Below are positions 1 to 9,262 of a stretch of 64,000 nucleotides of DNA, piece after piece. Positions within the stretch are counted from its first letter, which is position 1, and each line of letters begins with the position of its first letter. A model generated the notes under the pieces. It was not told the origin of the DNA and made no database searches. It was given only the letters and a program-made list of their open reading frames with translations. Location of the stretch: contig CAWHDR010000001.1 in NCBI GenBank assembly GCA_963828165.1, positions 640,001 to 704,000 of the forward strand, given 5' to 3'. This DNA comes from an uncultured Chloroflexia bacterium. Lineage in GTDB: Bacteria; Chloroflexota; Limnocylindria; Limnocylindrales; CSP1-4. The position numbers and the translations under genes are program-made.

Positions 1-1119
1 GTCCGGGCCGCGCGATCCGTCGCCGGGTCGCGCGGTGAACGCGAACCAGGAGCCATCCGCCGAGAACGCGGCCGATTCGCCGACGAGCTCGATGTCGCTG
101 GCGATAGCGAGGCGGATCGCCACGGACGGAGATGGCGAGAGGCTCGGTGACGGCGGGGCCGTCGCCGGGGCGGGCGAACCGGCGCTCGTGTCGGTGCCCG
201 GGGATTCGGATGGGGACTCGGACGGAGCGACGGTCGGTGGCGGCGTCCCCGAGGCAGGGGGCGTGCTGGCCAGGGCGGCCGTCGCCGTGGGCGCCGTGGA
301 TGGCACGGTGGGAGTCGTCGGGGTCGGATCAGGCGTCGCGGACTGGATATCCGGCGACCGGGTGCGCTCGGGCAGGTCGACCAGGATGACCTGGTCGCCA
401 CCGGAACCGTCGTCCGCGATCATCACGGCCTGTCCGTCGTTCGGGGACGAGATGATGGTCCGCGGTTCGGAGTCGAAGGACACACGCTGCTGGTCGGCCT
501 GCCTCAGCGCCGGGCAGTTCGACGTTCCTTCCGCGGGGCAGACCTCATCGACGGCGGCGTTGTTGTAGGCGAGGCCGTCGGCGGTCTTGTCCACCCACTC
601 GACGACCCCGGCACCGACCGCGAACGGCGTCGCCTGCGCGACTCCCCCGCCGCTGCCGAAGTCGCCACCAGTCGTCGATCGCTGGTCGGTCTCCTCCGGC
701 GCGCTCGCTTGCTGGGGCACCAAGAGGTTCGCCGACAGCGTGCTGACACCGATCACGACCGCGATCACGGCGAGACCCGATAGCGCACCGAGGGGGATCC
801 GGGATCCACGACGCGCGCTCGGCGCGGTGGCCGGGCCCTTGCCGCCCGACTCCTGCTCGATCGCGTACGCCGTCCGAGCCCAGAGATTTCGGGGCGGCTC
901 GGGCGCGGCATCACGAAGGGCGCGAAGCGCGAGTCGGTCCGCCGCGTACTGCGCCGCGACGTTCGAACAGGCAGGGCAGCCTCCGAGGTGCTCGTCGAGC
1001 CAGGCCGTCTCCTCGGTACCGAGATCGCCGGCCATCCGCTCGGCGAGGCGCGCGCGAGCTCGCTCGTGCGTCGATCTCCAATGGTCGGGCCGGCGGCCGA
1101 CCCGGCTGAAGCGGCTCAC
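1..1119 (-). CDS. Zinc-binding (HxxxCxxC) transmembrane anti-sigma factor, partial (runs off left edge)
   Basis: Own translation from GTG at 1119, overlapping the sigma stop (GTGA): ...WLDEHLGGCPAC..., a TM segment (LSGLAVIAVVIGVSTL), then an extracellular Pro/Ser/Thr-rich linker. No stop in window, so absent from the ORF track. Confidence 0.8.
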   Translation of the reverse strand, partial: MSRFSRVGRRPDHWRSTHERARARLAERMAGDLGTEETAWLDEHLGGCPACSNVAAQYAADRLALRALRDAAPEPPRNLWARTAYAIEQESGGKGPATAPSARRGSRIPLGALSGLAVIAVVIGVSTLSANLLVPQQASAPEETDQRSTTGGDFGSGGGVAQATPFAVGAGVVEWVDKTADGLAYNNAAVDEVCPAEGTSNCPALRQADQQRVSFDSEPRTIISSPNDGQAVMIADDGSGGDQVILVDLPERTRSPDIQSATPDPTPTTPTVPSTAPTATAALASTPPASGTPPPTVAPSESPSESPGTDTSAGSPAPATAPPSPSLSPSPSVAIRLAIASDIELVGESAAFSADGSWFAFTARPGDGSRGPD

Positions 1120-1772
1120 CGGTCCACCCGGGCGGTCGACCCGCTGTCACGGGTCGCCTCAGCGGCGGCCTCGACCTCGCGCTCGGCGGCGAGTGCCTGG
1201 CGGAGGCTCTCGCGAGCGCGGGTAAGGAGCGCGCGGGCGGCCACGTGGCTGACGCCGAGCGCCTCGGCCAGCTCGAGCCCCGTCAGATCGTGCAGCTCGG
1301 CCAGGAGCAGGGCGGCCCGCTGGCGTTCGGGGATCCGAGCGAGGGCCCGCTGCATGTCGCCAGACAGGCGGGCCTCCATGACGAGATGCTCCGCCGACGG
1401 CGCCGAGCCCTTCGATTCACCCGTCCACGGCAGGAACCGGATGATCTTTCGGCGGCGGATCTCGTCGAGCGCGACGCGGTGGGCGATCTGGTACAGCCAC
1501 GCCCGGGCGTTCTCCGGCTTCTCGAGGCTCGCGTAGTTCTTGTACGCCTTGACGAAGGCGTCCTGGGTCATGTCCGCGGCCATCTCCGGGTCGCGCATCA
1601 TCCGCATCAGGTACGCATAGATCTCGCCGTGGTGCTTGGCGAACAGGTTCTCGACGAATGCGCCCGCCTCGTCTCGATCCCATGCGCTACTCATCGCCCG
1701 GCTCCGGTCGGAGGGGGCGATGATCGTGCGGCCGAGCGGGTCGCGAAGTCGGGTGAGAGCGTCGAATACCAC
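1116..1772 (-). CDS. ECF RNA polymerase sigma-70 factor
   Basis: Region 2 (AADMTQDAFVKAY...RAWLYQIAHRVALDEIRRR) and region 4 (LARIPERQRAALLLAELHDLTGLELAEALGVS). GGAG precedes GTG 1772; alternative ATG at 1694. Confidence 0.93.
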   Translation of the reverse strand: MVFDALTRLRDPLGRTIIAPSDRSRAMSSAWDRDEAGAFVENLFAKHHGEIYAYLMRMMRDPEMAADMTQDAFVKAYKNYASLEKPENARAWLYQIAHRVALDEIRRRKIIRFLPWTGESKGSAPSAEHLVMEARLSGDMQRALARIPERQRAALLLAELHDLTGLELAEALGVSHVAARALLTRARESLRQALAAEREVEAAAEATRDSGSTARVDR

Positions 1773-1837
1773 AAGGACTCCGTGCGGGCGAGGTCGGGGC
1801 GCACGGCCGACAAGGGGTGCGCGCTCGATGGGCCAAA

Positions 1838-1863
1838 GACGAGGCGCCCACCCCGGATGTGAC
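1838..1863 (-). promoter_or_regulatory. Putative ECF-dependent (autoregulatory) promoter GTCACA-N16-CGTC
   Basis: Minus strand reads gtcaca-tccggggtgggcgcct-cgtc, ~65 nt upstream of the ECF gene. A CGTC -10 with a 16-nt spacer is typical of ECF promoters. Confidence 0.55.
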
Positions 1864-1890
1864 GCCCGGTGCGCTCAGGCTCGGCGCGCA

Positions 1891-2895
1891 TCAACCCGAT
1901 CCACCTCCCTCCGGACCGCTGCGGCCCAGCAACTCCTCCACGGCGTCCTCCGGCGAGACGGGGTTGACCGGCAATCCGGTTCCCAGCTCCAGGCCGGCGA
2001 TCTCGCGGAGACGGGGGTGGATCTCCCAGTGCCAGTGGTACGTGCCATCGACCTGTTCCCGAAGCGGAGCCGTATGCAGGACGAGGTTGTACGGTGGCCC
2101 ATCGAGCGTGGTCGCCAGCCGTCCAAGCACGTTGCGCAACGCCTCGGCCGTGGCCCGGATATCGGTGCTCGTCGCCCGCGCGAAGTCCGCATCGTGGCGC
2201 CGTGGCACGATCCAGATCTCGAACGACGAGCGCGACGCATACGGGGCGAACGCCACGCTGTCGGCGTCCTCCCAGACGAGTCGATCGGGCCGGCGCGACT
2301 CGTCACGGACCAGACGGCAGAACGGGCATTCCCCCTCGCGGATCACGAAGCGCGCCGCACCGCCCAGCTCCTCGGCGATGCGATGCGGGATCTGGGGAAG
2401 GTCGTACAGGTCGAGGCACAGGTGGTTCGTCCGGGCGCCCGCCTGGGCGCCCCAGTTCTGGACGATCGTGAGGTATTCGGTCTGACCGGTGGCCCGTGAT
2501 TCGGCCAAGGCGTCGCGGCCGCCCGTCACGAGCGCCTCGATGAGCTCCGTGCCCACGGCATGCAGCGGCCGGTGCTCACCAGGTGGCGCGATCACGGTGC
2601 GCCAGCTCCCCGTCGCGCGGGCCTGGGCCAGCGAGACCTGGGCCAGGCCGTGGTCTCGATCGAGCTCGCGTGCCTCGACGTCGGTCCCGATGACGTGAAA
2701 CGCGAAATCCTTGAGCATGCGCGTCCGCACGCCCTCCCCCGCTGGGCTGGAGCAGTTGGCACAGCCGAACATCTGGTCGTCGACTTGCTCGGCTGCGCGG
2801 GCGAATCGATCGCGATGGAACGCGCGATCCACGATCGTGGCGACCCACCAGCCCGTGATCGGGTCCTTGCGCAGCTCGAACAGGCCGCTCGCCAC
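1891..2895 (-). CDS. Galactose-1-phosphate uridylyltransferase (GalT/HIT) family protein with non-canonical active site
   Basis: ELRKDPITGWW N-terminus, NWGAQAGA, CPFC, PYASRSSFEIWIVP, YNLVLHTAP, YHWHWEIHPR, GLELGTG..VNPVSPE. The HxHxQ motif reads HLCLD. Start set at GTG 2895. Confidence 0.85.
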   Translation of the reverse strand: MASGLFELRKDPITGWWVATIVDRAFHRDRFARAAEQVDDQMFGCANCSSPAGEGVRTRMLKDFAFHVIGTDVEARELDRDHGLAQVSLAQARATGSWRTVIAPPGEHRPLHAVGTELIEALVTGGRDALAESRATGQTEYLTIVQNWGAQAGARTNHLCLDLYDLPQIPHRIAEELGGAARFVIREGECPFCRLVRDESRRPDRLVWEDADSVAFAPYASRSSFEIWIVPRRHDADFARATSTDIRATAEALRNVLGRLATTLDGPPYNLVLHTAPLREQVDGTYHWHWEIHPRLREIAGLELGTGLPVNPVSPEDAVEELLGRSGPEGGGSG

Positions 2896-2900
2896 GCGGC

Positions 2901-3647
2901 CTAGTCCGCCATGTGAAGTGGCGCGCCGATCGCGGCTGCGAAGGCTCGGGCGAAGGTCGCGGCAGCGCCCTCGACCGATGTCGTCGTGGGCGGTCCGGCC
3001 GGGTCGCCACGCTCGCGTGCGATCGATGTCGACGGGACGCCAGGCATGCCGCACGGGTCGATGAGCCCGAAGTCCGCGAGGTCGACGGTCACGTTGAGGG
3101 CGATCCCGTGATAGCTGACTCCACGCTCGACGCGCAGGCCCAGCGCCCCGATCTTGCGTGGCACCGGCCCGTCCGGGTCGCACCAGCAGCCGGGATGTCC
3201 GTCGCGCCGCCCGGCGGCCACGCCATCGGCTGCGCAGGTCGCAATGAGCGCCGCCTCCAGCGCGCGGACGAGCGGGCGCACCAGCAGGCCGCGCTCGGGC
3301 AGCCGGATGATCGGATAGGCCACGAGCTGGCCAGGGCCGTGGTACGTGACCTCTCCGCCGCGCTCGGTTCGGGCCACCGTGATGCCGCGAGCGGCCAATT
3401 CCTCGTCGCTCGCGAGGATGTGGGCTGGGTCGGAGTGCCGGCCCAGGGTCAGGACGGGCGGATGCTCCAGGAGCAGGAGCTGGTCCCCGATCGCACCGGC
3501 CACGCGCTCGTCGACGAGCCGCTTCTGCATGGCATGCCCGTCCGCGTACCCCACCCGACCGAGCCACCGAGCACGCAGCGGCGCCACCTCACCGGATGGT
3601 TCCCCGGCGGGCGCTTCCGACCGGGGATCGATCAGTGCGGCCTCCAC
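2901..3647 (-). CDS. lipB: Lipoyl(octanoyl) transferase LipB
   Basis: LLLEHPPVLTLGR, RGGEVTYHGPGQLVAYPI, KIGALG, YHGIALNV, IDPCG motifs; start approximate. Confidence 0.95.
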   Translation of the reverse strand: MEAALIDPRSEAPAGEPSGEVAPLRARWLGRVGYADGHAMQKRLVDERVAGAIGDQLLLLEHPPVLTLGRHSDPAHILASDEELAARGITVARTERGGEVTYHGPGQLVAYPIIRLPERGLLVRPLVRALEAALIATCAADGVAAGRRDGHPGCWCDPDGPVPRKIGALGLRVERGVSYHGIALNVTVDLADFGLIDPCGMPGVPSTSIARERGDPAGPPTTTSVEGAAATFARAFAAAIGAPLHMAD

Positions 3648-3823
3648 CAGGCCACGATAGCAGGGGGCCGCCCGAAGGCCGTCGACGGGGGCTTGGCCTC
3701 GAGCGCACGCATAGCCCTTTAGTACTAATCCAAAGTGACCCACCGGCCGTAGGCACGAATGCTTCGGGCGGGGTACATTTCAGGTGCATTACAACCACCT
3801 TTTCTCAGGTAGGCACTCGACTG

Positions 3824-4039
3824 ATGACGCCCATCCGCATCCGACCGCGCTCGTCCATCGCCGACCCGGAGCTGGCGCGCGCGGCCGTGGTCGACCTCCC
3901 AGCCGCCCCCGCTCGCCGTAGCCTCCACACTCCCCTCGCACTGGCCCAGGCCGTCGCCTCGCTCCGCCGCTCCGGCGACGTCGAGCCCGAGCGGGTGATC
4001 GTGCTCACCCTCGTCCCGGTGGCCGCGCGCCAGCGCTGA
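3824..4039 (+). CDS. Small hypothetical protein (71 aa)
   Basis: ATG after AGGTAGG, GC-rich codon usage, followed by a strong hairpin. Confidence 0.5.
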   Translation: MTPIRIRPRSSIADPELARAAVVDLPAAPARRSLHTPLALAQAVASLRRSGDVEPERVIVLTLVPVAARQR

Positions 4040-4082
4040 ACCAGCAAGATCAACTGGGGGACCGCGCCGGGGGGACGCGATG

Positions 4083-4125
4083 AAGCCCCTCGCCGTTTGG
4101 TTTCTGTCCCCGCGGCGAGGGGCTT
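4083..4125 (+). terminator. Inverted repeat, probable intrinsic terminator
   Basis: aagcccctcgccg (4083-4095) / cggcgaggggctt (4113-4125), 13-bp perfect arms downstream of the small ORF; weak U-tail. Confidence 0.55.
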
Positions 4126-4590
4126 ACCTACCAGATGAGGACTGTCTTCCCGGTGAGGAAGGGCACTCGGTCGACCCACCTGATCTGCCGGCACACGATG
4201 CCGGAGTCGTCCGGCGGTCCGTGAGGATGAAATCACTGTAACCCCTCGGCGGCTGTTGTCCGTGCCGCTTCGAGGGCATGCGTCAGGGCACTGGTCCGTG
4301 CGTGGAAGGGCCCCGAGGGTGCCGGGGATTGGCGTCCTCGGGGCAAGACGAGACGGCCCAGCCCGAGGGTCAGGCCGCTCGTTGGCGATCGAAGGCGAGG
4401 ATCATTCCAGGCGACTGTGGCGGTCCCAGATGTCGCCACAGCCGGGAGAGGAGGAGGAGATCACATTCGCCTTCGCTCGTCGCCTCTCACGGTACGCTCG
4501 CGCGAACGGCGCAACGAGGATGGAAACTCGCGTCTGATCGGCGCTCGCCTTGCCCGCGTGCGACCCGTTACGACCGGGGGTACGCCTAGA

Positions 4591-7500
4591 ATGCGGGGCA
4601 TCGTGGGGACGCAACCGGCGCCCGGATCGCAGCTAGTCGTCATCGGCGCCTCCGCAGGCGGCATCGAGGCGCTCTCCCGCGTCGTTGCCAGCCTCCCCCG
4701 GGACCTTCCGGCTCCGGTCGTCATCGCCCAGCACCTGGACCCGCGCCGACCGAGCCACCTTGGCGAGATCCTGTCCCGCCACGCGACATTACCCATCAAG
4801 GTCGTCGAAGGCACCGCCGCGCTCGAAGACGGCGTCATCTTCGTCGTCCCGTCTAACCGGCTGGTCGAGATCGTCGAGGGCGAACTGCGTCTGCGAGCGG
4901 CCACGCGAGGGAGCGTCGCACCGTCCGTGGACCTCCTGCTAGAGTCGGCCGCGGCCGCGTTCGGGTCCGGCCTCGTCGCGGTCATCCTCACTGGGTCCGG
5001 CAGTGACGGCGCGGCCGGTGCCTGGCATGTCAAGCAGGCCGGGGGCGCCGTGGTCGTCGAGAACCCGGCGACCGCGCTGTTCCCGTCGATGCCCCGTTCG
5101 ATCTCGCCATCGCTCGTTGACGAAACCGCCGACCTCGACTCGATCGCGAAAGTCGTCAGCGGCCTGCTGGACGCCGGGGGAGCCGCCCCGAAGGGTCCCG
5201 ACGGCCGAGACGTCGCGTCCTTGCTCGACCGCATCCGGGAGCGGAGCGGCATCGATTTCAGCACGTACAAGACGGCGACGATCCTCCGACGGCTCCGCGG
5301 CCGGATGGGCGCGACGAAGGTGGCGTCGCTGGCCGCCTACGCCGAGCTGGTCGAGCACGACCCCGAGGAGTACGCGAGGCTCGTCAGCAGCCTGCTCATC
5401 AAGGTGACCGAATTCTTCCGTGATCCGAAAGTGTTCCAGTACCTCCGTGACGACACCTTGCCTGCGCTCATCGACGAGGCTCTGGCCGACGGCCGTCAGC
5501 TTCGCGTCTGGTCGGCCGGCTGCTCGACCGGCGAGGAGGCGTATTCCCTCGCGATCACGCTGGCCGAGGCGCTGGGCACTGAGCGTGCCGCCTTCGACGT
5601 GCGCGTCTTCGCGACCGACATCGACAGCTCGGCGATCGCCTTCGCCCGCCGCGGCGTCTATCCGGCTTCGGCGTTGCAGAAGGTGCCAGCCGCCATCCGC
5701 GAGCGCTATTTCGCGAAGACCGATGGCGGCTACGAGGTGGCCAAGTCGCTCCGAAGCCTGATGACGTTCGGTGAGCACGACCTCGGGGCGCGAGCGCCGT
5801 TCCCCCGGATCGACCTGATCCTGTGCCGCAACGTCCTCATCTACTTCACCGTGCCGATGCAGCGCGCCGCTCTCGAGACCTTCGGGTTCTCACTGCGTGA
5901 CGGGGGTCGGCTGGTGCTGGGGCCGTCCGAGACCGTGGCGGCGATGCCCGGAATTTACGAGGAGGATCACGGTCGGCTGCGGGTCTACCGGCGCGTCCAG
6001 GGCGGACCGCCTCTGCCGCTCGCTCGGTCCTTGCCTACCCGGCCGCCCCAGGAGCATGCGCGGCAGCTCGAGGCTGCCATCCGATCGACCCGCCGGGACG
6101 TCCAGGCCGCGGCCGACTCGAGCGATGCTGCCGAGAAACTGCTGCTCGACCTGGGCCTCGGCGTGGTCGTCGTGGACGCTCGCTACTACATCACCCGGAT
6201 CAACACGGCAGCTCGTCGGATGCTGGGCATCCATGGACTGGCATTCGACCAGGACTTCATCCATCTCGCGGAGTCCCTGCCGTCGACCACGATCCGGACC
6301 GCGATCGATGCGGCGTTCGGCGGAAAGACCACGACAGCCGTCTACGAAGTCGACGCGACGGATGTCTCCGCGAAGGCGTCCCATTTCATCGAGACCGTCA
6401 TCCGCCCCAATGGCGGCAAGGCAGGGCCCGTCGACGGCGCCGTCATCGAGCTCACCAACGTCAGCCGGGCCGAACACGATCGCCGATCGGGGGCCCAGGC
6501 GGAGCGTCGCCTGGATCGGGCGGCGCTCGTCAACCGGCGGCTGCAGGGGGCGAACGAGGAGCTGACCGCACTCGTGGCGGAGCTCAGGAATACGAACCAG
6601 TCGATGCTCCAGGCGAGCGAGGAGGCGCAGTCCGGCCGCGAAGAGGTCGAGACGCTCAACGAGGAATTCCAGGCGACGAACGAGGAGCTCGAGACGCTCA
6701 ACGAGGAGCTGACTGCGAGCGTCGAGGAGCTGCGGATCGCCAACGAGGACCTCGGCGCGCGGACCGAGCAACTCCGCCTGCAATCCGTCGCGCTCGAGGA
6801 ACAGAAGCAGACCCGCGAGGAAGAGCACAGCCGGCTGGAATCGGTCCTCGCGAGCCTCGGCGATGCCGTGGTCGCGGTGGATCATGCCGGCCGTACCGTC
6901 GCCACCAACCCAACCTACGACCGCCTGTTCGGCGGATCTGATGCCAAGATCCGGCCCGAGGATCTCGCCGGGCTTCCGATGCCGAAGGCCGACTGGCCGC
7001 AGCAGCGCGCCGCCCGAGGCGAGCGGTTCCGGATGGAGTTCGCGCTGAGCAACCCCGACGGCTCGCGACGCTGGTTCGAGGCGGTGACCGAGCCGCTCAC
7101 CAGCGAGGACCGGACATGGGGTGGAGTGATCGCCATCCGGGACGTGTCGGAACGCACGATGCGCCTCAGCCTGGAGCGGCTGATGGCCGCAGCGGGCCAC
7201 GAGCTCAAGACGCCCACGGCCGCGCTGCACAATTACCTGCAGCTGGTCGACCGCCATCTGGCCGACGGCGAGGTGGACCAGGCAGCGACCTACGCCACGC
7301 GGGCGCTCACGCAGACCCGACGCCTGGCGGCGCTCATCGAAGGCCTCCTCGACGTCAGCCGGATCCAGAGCGGACAGCTCGAGCTGCATCTCGACGTCGT
7401 CGATCTCACCGCGGTCGTGCGATCGGCGGTCGAGGTCGCCCAGGTCCTGCCCAAGGCTCCACCCATCCGGGTAAAGGCCGCCGACGATGCCGTGACCGTG

Positions 7501-7881
7501 CTCGGGGACGCGGGCCGCCTCGAGCAGGTGTTCCTCAACCTCCTGGCCAACGCCATGGAACACGCGCCGGACTCCAAGACGATCGATGTCACGATCGGCA
7601 GCGCAGACGGGCGGGCCGAGGTCGCGGTCCGCGATCGCGGACCCGGGGTATCAGCCGACGGCATCCGGACGATGTTCGATGCCTACACGCGGCTCGGAGA
7701 TCCCCATCAGACCCCGGGCCTGGGCCTGGGACTCTACGTTGCCCGCGAGATCGTCTCGGCCCACCAGGGCGAGATCGAGGCCAAGTCTCGCGTCGGCAAG
7801 GGCACGGTCATGACCGTTCGGCTGCCGGTGGCAGACCGCCGGAGTCCTCGCGGACGAGCACGGGGTCGGCGCGCCGGCTGA
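4591..7881 (+). CDS. CheB methylesterase-CheR methyltransferase-PAS-histidine kinase hybrid
   Basis: CheB triad motifs GASAGG, QHL, LTGSGSDG; CheR VTEFFRD, VWSAGCSTGEEAYS, CRNVLIYF; coiled coil EELETLNEEL; PAS; H-box GHELKTP; HATPase NLLANA, DRGPG, GLGLGL. Confidence 0.95.
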   Translation: MRGIVGTQPAPGSQLVVIGASAGGIEALSRVVASLPRDLPAPVVIAQHLDPRRPSHLGEILSRHATLPIKVVEGTAALEDGVIFVVPSNRLVEIVEGELRLRAATRGSVAPSVDLLLESAAAAFGSGLVAVILTGSGSDGAAGAWHVKQAGGAVVVENPATALFPSMPRSISPSLVDETADLDSIAKVVSGLLDAGGAAPKGPDGRDVASLLDRIRERSGIDFSTYKTATILRRLRGRMGATKVASLAAYAELVEHDPEEYARLVSSLLIKVTEFFRDPKVFQYLRDDTLPALIDEALADGRQLRVWSAGCSTGEEAYSLAITLAEALGTERAAFDVRVFATDIDSSAIAFARRGVYPASALQKVPAAIRERYFAKTDGGYEVAKSLRSLMTFGEHDLGARAPFPRIDLILCRNVLIYFTVPMQRAALETFGFSLRDGGRLVLGPSETVAAMPGIYEEDHGRLRVYRRVQGGPPLPLARSLPTRPPQEHARQLEAAIRSTRRDVQAAADSSDAAEKLLLDLGLGVVVVDARYYITRINTAARRMLGIHGLAFDQDFIHLAESLPSTTIRTAIDAAFGGKTTTAVYEVDATDVSAKASHFIETVIRPNGGKAGPVDGAVIELTNVSRAEHDRRSGAQAERRLDRAALVNRRLQGANEELTALVAELRNTNQSMLQASEEAQSGREEVETLNEEFQATNEELETLNEELTASVEELRIANEDLGARTEQLRLQSVALEEQKQTREEEHSRLESVLASLGDAVVAVDHAGRTVATNPTYDRLFGGSDAKIRPEDLAGLPMPKADWPQQRAARGERFRMEFALSNPDGSRRWFEAVTEPLTSEDRTWGGVIAIRDVSERTMRLSLERLMAAAGHELKTPTAALHNYLQLVDRHLADGEVDQAATYATRALTQTRRLAALIEGLLDVSRIQSGQLELHLDVVDLTAVVRSAVEVAQVLPKAPPIRVKAADDAVTVLGDAGRLEQVFLNLLANAMEHAPDSKTIDVTIGSADGRAEVAVRDRGPGVSADGIRTMFDAYTRLGDPHQTPGLGLGLYVAREIVSAHQGEIEAKSRVGKGTVMTVRLPVADRRSPRGRARGRRAG

Positions 7882-7934
7882 CTGGTGGCCACGACCTGCA
7901 ACGAATTCCTCGGGTCCGGTCCGCGGAACAGCCG

Positions 7935-8087
7935 ATGGTCGCAATGCCTACGCGATATCCTCCGGAAGACGGCGAGCAGAGCGCACGCGGGTTGGGTCAC
8001 CCGGCGGGGGTGTCGATGACGAGGATCGACGAGTTGATGGGTGCTCGGCTGGAACACACGTTGACCGTCGCCTGGAGCCTGAGGTGA
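7935..8087 (+). pseudogene. Possible eroded C-terminus of a NarX/DesK-type histidine kinase
   Basis: EDG...GLGH.AGVSMTRIDELMGARLEHTLTVAW resembles the HisKA_3-type HATPase end; its stop overlaps the response regulator start (GTGA). Confidence 0.3.
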
Positions 8088-8692
8088 TCCGCGTCGCGAT
8101 CGTCGAGGACCACCCCGCCATCGCCGACGGGCTCGCGGCCCTGATCCACGGCTCGCCGGACGTCGCGGTCGTCGGCACAGCCCAGGACGTGCCCTCGGCG
8201 AGCGCCTTGATCGAGCAGGCTTCGCCGGACATCGTCCTGTGCGACCTCCGCCTCGCCGAGGACGGGGACGGCTTCGATCTGATCGGGCGACACCGCCCCG
8301 GACCCGACTTCATCATCCTGAGCGCGTACTGGTACCCGAGCTACCACGTCCGGGCGATCGAGCTGGGTGCGAAGGGCTACCTGTCCAAGATGGCAACCGT
8401 CGACCAGATCCTGAGCGCGGTGAAGACCGTGGCAGAAGGCGGGACGGCGTTTCCGGCGGCAGCGCGCCAGGCCGCCAGCGATGCACTCCGCGTACCGACC
8501 CCACGCGAGCTCGAGATCATCGCGCTCGTGGCCGAGGGGTTGTCGAATGCCGAGATCGCCGCTCGCCTGTCGCTGCGGGTCAAGACGGTCGAGAGCCAGC
8601 TCCGCCGGCTATTCGACCGGTACGACGTCGCGAGCCGGACGGCGCTCGTTCGCCTGGCGAATCGCCAGGGCTGGCACGAAGTGGGCCGCTAG
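8084..8692 (+). CDS. NarL/LuxR family DNA-binding response regulator
   Basis: IVEDH, LCDLRL receiver; TPRELEIIALVAEGLSNAEIAARLSLRVKTVES LuxR HTH. Confidence 0.95.
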   Translation: MIRVAIVEDHPAIADGLAALIHGSPDVAVVGTAQDVPSASALIEQASPDIVLCDLRLAEDGDGFDLIGRHRPGPDFIILSAYWYPSYHVRAIELGAKGYLSKMATVDQILSAVKTVAEGGTAFPAAARQAASDALRVPTPRELEIIALVAEGLSNAEIAARLSLRVKTVESQLRRLFDRYDVASRTALVRLANRQGWHEVGR

Positions 8693-8702
8693 GGCGGCGG
8701 GT

Positions 8703-9014
8703 TTACTCGAGGCCGAATTCGGCGGCAAGCTGCTCGTTCGCGAGTTGTTCGATCGTGGGTCGCGGCAGCGACTCGACGAGGTCGTCGAGGCGGGCGATCA
8801 ACGTTTCCATGGCGGCTCGGGTCGCGCTCTCGATCGGCTCCTCGAGCATCCCGCCCGGCGCAGAGCGACCAAGACCGAGGTGACGTGCCGGGTGGATCGC
8901 GTCAACGGCGACTTCCGTCAGCACCGCGGCGACACGCCGGTGCGACTCATCGTCGCGCAGCCGGTCGCGCACCTTGCGTTCGAGAGTCACGCTGGGTCCG
9001 GCGACCATCACCAT
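8703..9014 (-). CDS. Hypothetical helical protein (103 aa)
   Basis: Strong RBS AGGAGG upstream of ATG 9014; plausible composition. Confidence 0.6.
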   Translation of the reverse strand: MVMVAGPSVTLERKVRDRLRDDESHRRVAAVLTEVAVDAIHPARHLGLGRSAPGGMLEEPIESATRAAMETLIARLDDLVESLPRPTIEQLANEQLAAEFGLE

Positions 9015-9262
9015 CGTCGTTCCTCCTACGGCCTGCGTCGCGACCACCAGGAGGCCTCGTGCCGGCGTCCCCGGGTCGTCGCCCATTGTCCCAGCGCCGG
9101 CGCCATTCGGCGATGAACGATTGGCCCGTCGCGGACATCCGATGGTCACGACCTGTCACCCGTCCGTCTAGCGTGGCTCGAGGATGACGCTCGGGATGGC
9201 CGCGGCGCGCCCCTTGAGGTAATCTCGTGCACGCACGAACTTAGCGTGGTTCGGCCTCCCGA

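Noticed and set aside
4130-4240. Hammerhead ribozyme-like fragment GUCC-GUGA-GGAU-GAAA
   Set aside because: The required CUGANGA core is not directly 5' of this stem, and stems I and III cannot be formed convincingly.
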